Shown here piece by piece: positions 27,482 through 32,000 of a stretch of 32,000 nucleotides of DNA. A program made the translations under genes and the position numbers. Each line of letters opens with the position of its first letter. The first letter of the stretch is position 1. Below the pieces are notes generated by a model. It did not search any database. It worked only from the letters and a program-made list of their open reading frames with translations, and had not been told where the DNA came from. The stretch is from NCBI RefSeq assembly GCF_000341395.1, contig NC_020304.1, forward strand, positions 182,011 to 214,010, given 5' to 3'. Origin of the DNA: Desulfocapsa sulfexigens DSM 10523 (lineage in GTDB: Bacteria > Desulfobacterota > Desulfobulbia > Desulfobulbales > Desulfocapsaceae).

Positions 27482-29602
27482 ATGGATATAGCGCCACAAC
27501 AACACTGGACTCTACGAAAACAGTTACGAACGCTCTTCCTGCTCGCTCTCACCTTTGTTGCATTTTGCTTTCTCTTTGGGTTATGGCGCGTTCAGCAATT
27601 CAATCACCACCGTATGGAGATCCAGAATTCCTCCCTGAGACTGCAGCAAAATCTCAAAGCCAATTTTGACAAGACAAAAGCTATTGGCCGTATTCAAACC
27701 CAGTTGCGTCTCTACATGCAATCCGGAAAAAAGGAGCACCTCAGCGAAACCAAAAGTGAAGCAGAAGCTCTTCTTGAAGAAATCACAGAAGAAAACAAGA
27801 ATATACTTCTTCAGTTCCTTAAAAAGGTTGATATCCTTGAGGTACGACTTGACAGCCTGAGTGAAAATAATATCAAAATTTTTCAGGCCGAAAAAAATAT
27901 CCTGACCAAATCTGGTCAAATTATCAAAACATTGCCCCCAGAGCAGTACTTCAAGTTACGTGCTGTTGTGAGCGACGCCTGCCTTGAGCATCACCATCTC
28001 TATGTAACGTCCATCATAAGCAACCAAAGTGATACCCTGATTCGAATTCAGCAGCAATTCTCCGAGTTATATGATGAGGTGGACAAACAGCTTGTGGCAT
28101 TGATGGCTGTGCTTCCAGAATCTTCCCGTGCCGGAATGGAAAGCCTTCGTGATGAATATTTCACCCTTGAAGATGGTGTACAGACTGTAACTTCAATCCG
28201 TATCACCATTACTGAAACTCAGAATCAGACAGTGAAGGTTCTGGAACAGATCAATTCTGCCATAACCACAACATCACTGGATCAGGAGGGAGAGTCTGCT
28301 CGTCTCATGGCTGACGGTCTCAGCCTGGCTCAAAGAAATCTGGTTATAATGTCAGTAAGTCTTGTGCTTGCCGCGCTCATGTTCGCGATCATCGCCTTTT
28401 TCCTCCATACCAGAATGATCAGGCCACTGGTCGATTTTATTGAACTGCTGCGCCGCATGACAGCACTTCTTGCCGGAATGCGGACAAAACAGGTATCCGA
28501 AGATGAAAACTTCCTCTCTCTTTCCAATATGTCAGACAAACGCCATGATGAGATCGGGGAAGTAGCCGAGGCAGTCAAACGACTGATTCTGCGTTTACGT
28601 GAACTATCCATATTCAGGCAGACCATTGAAGCTGATGAGATGACAAGCGAAATTTATACCCGCCTGGCTCGAATTTTTATGCATAAGCTGGGGCTTGATA
28701 CGTTTATCATTTACGAAAAAAATTCAAAATCAAAGGGGATGCTCCCTATCTACTGTCAACCTCCTGAGATCGAGGAGGACTTACCGGACTTCAGTGTAGC
28801 TGACAGGTGTCGGGCACAGCGAACCGGAACCCTTATTACCTCTCAGGATGATCTTTTAATCTGCAAGCAGTTTCCTCTTCATGATGTAATGCATCATGTT
28901 TGTATTCCCATGATGGTAGGTGGACAGGTCATTGGTGTGGTGCAGTTTTTGTATTCAATAGATCTTTCCCGGAGTGAGCACCTGAAAATCACGAGGGCTA
29001 TTGAAGAGGCTCGACACTATATTCTTGAAGCCCTGCCGGTGCTGCAGAGCAAACATCTTGCAGAAAAGCTTGAAGAGATGGCAACAGAGGATCAGCTCAC
29101 CGGATTATATAACAGGCGCTATCTTGAATCGTCCCTTGAACAGATCGTAGCCGGTGTACAGCGACGTCAGACAAAGCTTGGAGTTCTGATGTGTGATATG
29201 GACTATTTTAAACAGGTAAACGACAATTACGGACATGACGCCGGCGATGCAGTACTTATCCAGTTGGCTCAACTGTTGTCCGATTCTGTCAGAAAATCTG
29301 ATATGGTTATTCGTTTTGGAGGGGAGGAATTTCTTATTCTGCTGGTTGATTGCCAGGATTCCCAGGCAGCTCAGCTAGGAGAAAAAGTACGAAAAGTAGT
29401 CGAGGAGCACAAGTTCCAGATCGGTGGTCAGTCCATACAAAAAACTTTGAGTATTGGGGTCTCGGAATTCCCCATTGACTCCGCCAAAGGAATCTGGGAA
29501 GTGATCAAACACGCTGATGTTGCACTTTACAAGGCTAAGGAACAGGGAAGAAACAGGGTGGTTGAATTCAACCTGGAAATGTGGCCCGGTGATTCCTACT
29601 AA
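27482..29602 (+). CDS. membrane-bound diguanylate cyclase (GGDEF) with HAMP-like and GAF-like regions
   Basis: Two TMs flank a ~260-aa helical region; HAMP-like segment; C-terminal ATEDQLTGLYNRRYLE ... DYFKQVNDNYGHDAGDAVL ... RKSDMVIRFGGEEFLILL ... SIGVSEFP. No EAL domain. An RxxD I-site (RKSD) lies 5 residues before GGEEF. Confidence 0.93.
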   Translation: MDIAPQQHWTLRKQLRTLFLLALTFVAFCFLFGLWRVQQFNHHRMEIQNSSLRLQQNLKANFDKTKAIGRIQTQLRLYMQSGKKEHLSETKSEAEALLEEITEENKNILLQFLKKVDILEVRLDSLSENNIKIFQAEKNILTKSGQIIKTLPPEQYFKLRAVVSDACLEHHHLYVTSIISNQSDTLIRIQQQFSELYDEVDKQLVALMAVLPESSRAGMESLRDEYFTLEDGVQTVTSIRITITETQNQTVKVLEQINSAITTTSLDQEGESARLMADGLSLAQRNLVIMSVSLVLAALMFAIIAFFLHTRMIRPLVDFIELLRRMTALLAGMRTKQVSEDENFLSLSNMSDKRHDEIGEVAEAVKRLILRLRELSIFRQTIEADEMTSEIYTRLARIFMHKLGLDTFIIYEKNSKSKGMLPIYCQPPEIEEDLPDFSVADRCRAQRTGTLITSQDDLLICKQFPLHDVMHHVCIPMMVGGQVIGVVQFLYSIDLSRSEHLKITRAIEEARHYILEALPVLQSKHLAEKLEEMATEDQLTGLYNRRYLESSLEQIVAGVQRRQTKLGVLMCDMDYFKQVNDNYGHDAGDAVLIQLAQLLSDSVRKSDMVIRFGGEEFLILLVDCQDSQAAQLGEKVRKVVEEHKFQIGGQSIQKTLSIGVSEFPIDSAKGIWEVIKHADVALYKAKEQGRNRVVEFNLEMWPGDSY

Positions 29603-29682
29603 CAGCCGTTACAGGCTCAACAACACCCCCGTATTAATAATTTGACTGCATACCAAGCGCAGCCATTTTTGTTCGTCATCAG

Positions 29683-29731
29683 AATCCCCCTGCCCATATC
29701 AGATATGATCTGCACAGGGGGATTTTCTTTT
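29683..29731 (+). terminator. probable intrinsic terminator after the GGDEF gene
   Basis: Perfect 10-bp arms AATCCCCCTG (29683..29692) and CAGGGGGATT (29715..29724), an inner CATATC-A-GATATG hairpin (29695..29707), and a T-rich tail TTTTCTTTTATT. Confidence 0.75.
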
Positions 29732-29784
29732 ATTCCATCCTGATTCTCCAGCCATTTGTCCGACTAGATACTCAAAAGGACGGA

Positions 29785-31329
29785 CTAGAAGCGGACATCC
29801 ATCAGAAAATAGTAGTTATCAAGGGTTGCATCAGACTCAATGGGGGCACCAATATGCTGTCCACTCCCGCTGTAATCGTAATCAATATGGATATATCCTG
29901 CTCTGAAGAACAGGTACCTGTTTATCGGCTGGATGTAATAGAGATCATAGACACTGCCCCTGGTTGCCAGTTTGTTGAAAAGGTCGGGCGTCCCCATGGT
30001 CATGCTAAACCAGTATTCAGACCCTTTGTTGTACTCAAAACCAATTTTAGGCATATTGAGAGCTTCAATCGGCATGGTATAACGTAAACCGGTATAAAAG
30101 GAATACCCCGAGTGATTCGACTGTCCGTCAGATGATAAGAGTCCGAATGCCCCCAAAGGCGCATTTCCATTTGCCTTACTCCGATTACCACCATAGGAAA
30201 AGAAAAGGTCCAGTCCAGTGGCTGCGATATCAGAGGCCTGCAAGTGTATCCCCCAGAGATCCATATCCCCAAGATCCACATTGGCCATGCCGGTTTCATA
30301 GAGGTTGGGGCCAGTAAGGTAAAACGGAAGATCCCACACTTTGGCATAACTTAACACCGCAAGACTGTTTTTTAAGCCTGGAATCTTTGTTTCAAAAAAG
30401 GTGGCTGCCATGGTTGAATCGCCGGCCTCACCGTCATCAAAGAAAGGAAAAGCTGAGCCAGTATTATTGTCATCGTCTGAGTGGTAGGCCTTTCCGTAGG
30501 CAAAACGCCACCCGGCCTCCTTGAGACCGGTATAACGATCAAGACCAAAGGTCACTACAATTCCATCATTTTCACCATCAAAAAGCAGGGCAGGATATGT
30601 TGATTGACGCAGCCTGTTTTCTCTGTACTCAAAAGGAGGTCCTTCAGTGGACGGATGGCGGCCAACGGTAATTGCAAGAGGAATTGGGAATCCTGAAGGA
30701 ATCCAGTCAACATACGCTCTGTCTACCCAGAGGTTACTGCTTCCAGGGCGATGACCACGATTAAAATCATTCAGCATATATGAAGCGCTGGCATCATCGC
30801 TGTCTCCCCAGTTTTTATACATCGCCAGGCGACCATGAAATTGAAGGGAGTCTGAAATTTCTGCCTCCATGTTGATGCGAAAGCGGTTTGTCCAGTTGTT
30901 GGAGTCACTCTCCTTGTCATGATAAGTCATTGCTGCACCCATGGCCTGCGTCGGGCTCATACCCGCCATCACGTTCTGCTGAAAACCCGTCATGTCAATG
31001 GTGTTATAATTTTTTGCCCTATAATTATCAGCTCTTACCCGAAGTTCTGCACCAAAATTCATTTTATTCTGGACACTTTTGGTCTCAAGATCATCAATAG
31101 TGTTGTAAATAATATTGATGTCTTCTGTTACTTTTTCATAATGGGCTTCTGGAACGTTCACGGCCCGCTGAGGAGTTGATTCAAGAATTTCAACGCGCCG
31201 CTGCAGGGCATCCAGTCTGTTCATTATCGCCTTATAGTCTTCTGCCGGGATGGTTACAGTTTCACCCTCAGCATATGCACTGCCAGCCATAGTCAGCATC
31301 ATGCCAACACTTACCAGAGTCTTCTTCAT
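29785..31329 (-). CDS. putative outer-membrane DUF3373-like beta-barrel protein with N-terminal coiled coil
   Basis: Track start 31389; the internal Met at 31329 starts a clear signal peptide (MKKTLVSVGMMLTMAGSAYAEG). Coiled coil NRLDALQRRVEIL, then alternating barrel-like strands (RFRINMEAEISDSLQFHGRLAMYKNWGDSDDAS; VDRAYVDWIPSGFPIPLAITVGRHPSTEGPPFEYRENRLRQSTYPALLFDG) and a C-terminal DVRF. Confidence 0.75.
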   Translation of the reverse strand: MKKTLVSVGMMLTMAGSAYAEGETVTIPAEDYKAIMNRLDALQRRVEILESTPQRAVNVPEAHYEKVTEDINIIYNTIDDLETKSVQNKMNFGAELRVRADNYRAKNYNTIDMTGFQQNVMAGMSPTQAMGAAMTYHDKESDSNNWTNRFRINMEAEISDSLQFHGRLAMYKNWGDSDDASASYMLNDFNRGHRPGSSNLWVDRAYVDWIPSGFPIPLAITVGRHPSTEGPPFEYRENRLRQSTYPALLFDGENDGIVVTFGLDRYTGLKEAGWRFAYGKAYHSDDDNNTGSAFPFFDDGEAGDSTMAATFFETKIPGLKNSLAVLSYAKVWDLPFYLTGPNLYETGMANVDLGDMDLWGIHLQASDIAATGLDLFFSYGGNRSKANGNAPLGAFGLLSSDGQSNHSGYSFYTGLRYTMPIEALNMPKIGFEYNKGSEYWFSMTMGTPDLFNKLATRGSVYDLYYIQPINRYLFFRAGYIHIDYDYSGSGQHIGAPIESDATLDNYYFLMDVRF

Positions 31330-31388
31330 CTCTGTCCTCCTGCTGTTCACTTTAGCGAAAATCGGATTACCCGCAATTTTGTTCATCA

Positions 31389-31709
31389 TTATTTGCCTTG
31401 TTTGGGAATAATCGCAGCAACAGGATGATCACTACCTGCTGCATGATTCTGTAAAAACACAACGATCTGATTCATTTCATCAGCATTGATTGTTCCATTA
31501 AGATCTCCGGGGTGCCTATCTCGTTTAAAATACTTAGCCCAGACAACACCAGCTTTAGCTGCCGGGTTGACAGGTTCTGCCCCTCCTCCCTTCTTGTGAC
31601 ACGAACCGCATCTTTCGAGAAATATATCAAGGTCACTGGCAACTACCATGGAAGACAGGAGCAAAAAGAAACACGCTGTCACTGCAGTATATATAAACTT
31701 TTCGTTCAA
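31389..31709 (-). CDS. small secreted mono-haem c-type cytochrome-like protein
   Basis: Signal peptide and one CxxCH motif (RCGSCHKKGGGAEPVNPAAKAGVVWAKYFKRDRHPGDL); downstream M (ADEMNQIVVFLQNHAAGSDHPV) as a possible haem ligand. Confidence 0.8.
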   Translation of the reverse strand: MNEKFIYTAVTACFFLLLSSMVVASDLDIFLERCGSCHKKGGGAEPVNPAAKAGVVWAKYFKRDRHPGDLNGTINADEMNQIVVFLQNHAAGSDHPVAAIIPKQGK

Positions 31710-31730
31710 TCAACGTGCCTCCGGCTTTGA

Positions 31731-32000
31731 TTATTTTGGAATTGCTGCAGCCACCGGGTGATCACTATCCGCGGCATGCTCCTGGAGGAATCCAAGAATA
31801 GTCATCATTTCATCATTGCTGATCCGAACTGAAAGGTCAACGGGATGTCGTCCCCGCTTAAAATACTTACTCCAGACGACTCCAGCTTTGTCAGCAGGAT
31901 TAACCGGAGCAGCTTCACCACCTTTTTTATGACATACGCCACATTTCTGGACAAAGACTGTTGCGGCATCATCGGCAAATGCAGGGGTGAGCATCACCAG
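31731..32000 (-). CDS. paralogous small mono-haem c-type cytochrome-like protein, truncated or near-truncated at window edge
   Basis: MMLTPAFADDAATVFVQKCGVCHKKGGEAAPVNPADKAGVVWSKYFKRGRHPVDLSVRISNDEMMTILGFLQEHAADSDHPVAAAIPK. One CxxCH; most of the signal peptide probably lies beyond the window. Confidence 0.8.
   Translation of the reverse strand: MVMLTPAFADDAATVFVQKCGVCHKKGGEAAPVNPADKAGVVWSKYFKRGRHPVDLSVRISNDEMMTILGFLQEHAADSDHPVAAAIPK

Noticed and set aside
1-32000. CRISPR, tRNA, rRNA, transposon, phage or toxin-antitoxin/defence systems
   Set aside because: No spaced direct-repeat array, tRNA-like cloverleaf or rRNA core sequence was recognised, and no ORF resembles a transposase, integrase, nuclease-based defence effector or phage structural protein. 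sbcB is housekeeping.

Overview
The window looks like ordinary chromosomal sequence from a Gram-negative bacterium. Gene content (cytochromes, signalling proteins, LivF and ferredoxin relics) suggests a Desulfobacterota-like host, but that is weak inference. It is dense with signal transduction genes: a hybrid histidine kinase, a receiver-adenylate/guanylate cyclase, a PilZ protein, a methyl-accepting chemotaxis protein and a GGDEF cyclase. It also holds transport, redox and housekeeping genes (an RND/MMPL exporter fused to a methyltransferase, a TrkA-type K+ channel, two EamA ORFs, an AEC permease, a molybdopterin oxidoreductase, nitroreductase, pdxH, sbcB). At the right edge are a putative outer-membrane DUF3373-like protein and two tandem mono-haem cytochromes. 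I found no CRISPR array, rRNA, tRNA, prophage, transposase or clear defence system. The most interesting signals missing from the ORF track are three gene relics at about 20.4-25.2 kb: a ferredoxin 3' remnant shifted at an A8 tract, a LivF-type ATPase C-terminal remnant with an apparent 2-nt deletion, and a C-terminal half of an EamA transporter directly after the chemotaxis gene. Also notable are a short DUF1737-like ORF below the track's length cutoff (27011..27178), an MMPL-methyltransferase fusion starting a tightly coupled three-gene operon, and a cysteine-rich secreted protein with an internal repeat. Domain assignments come from motif recognition only, with no database search.
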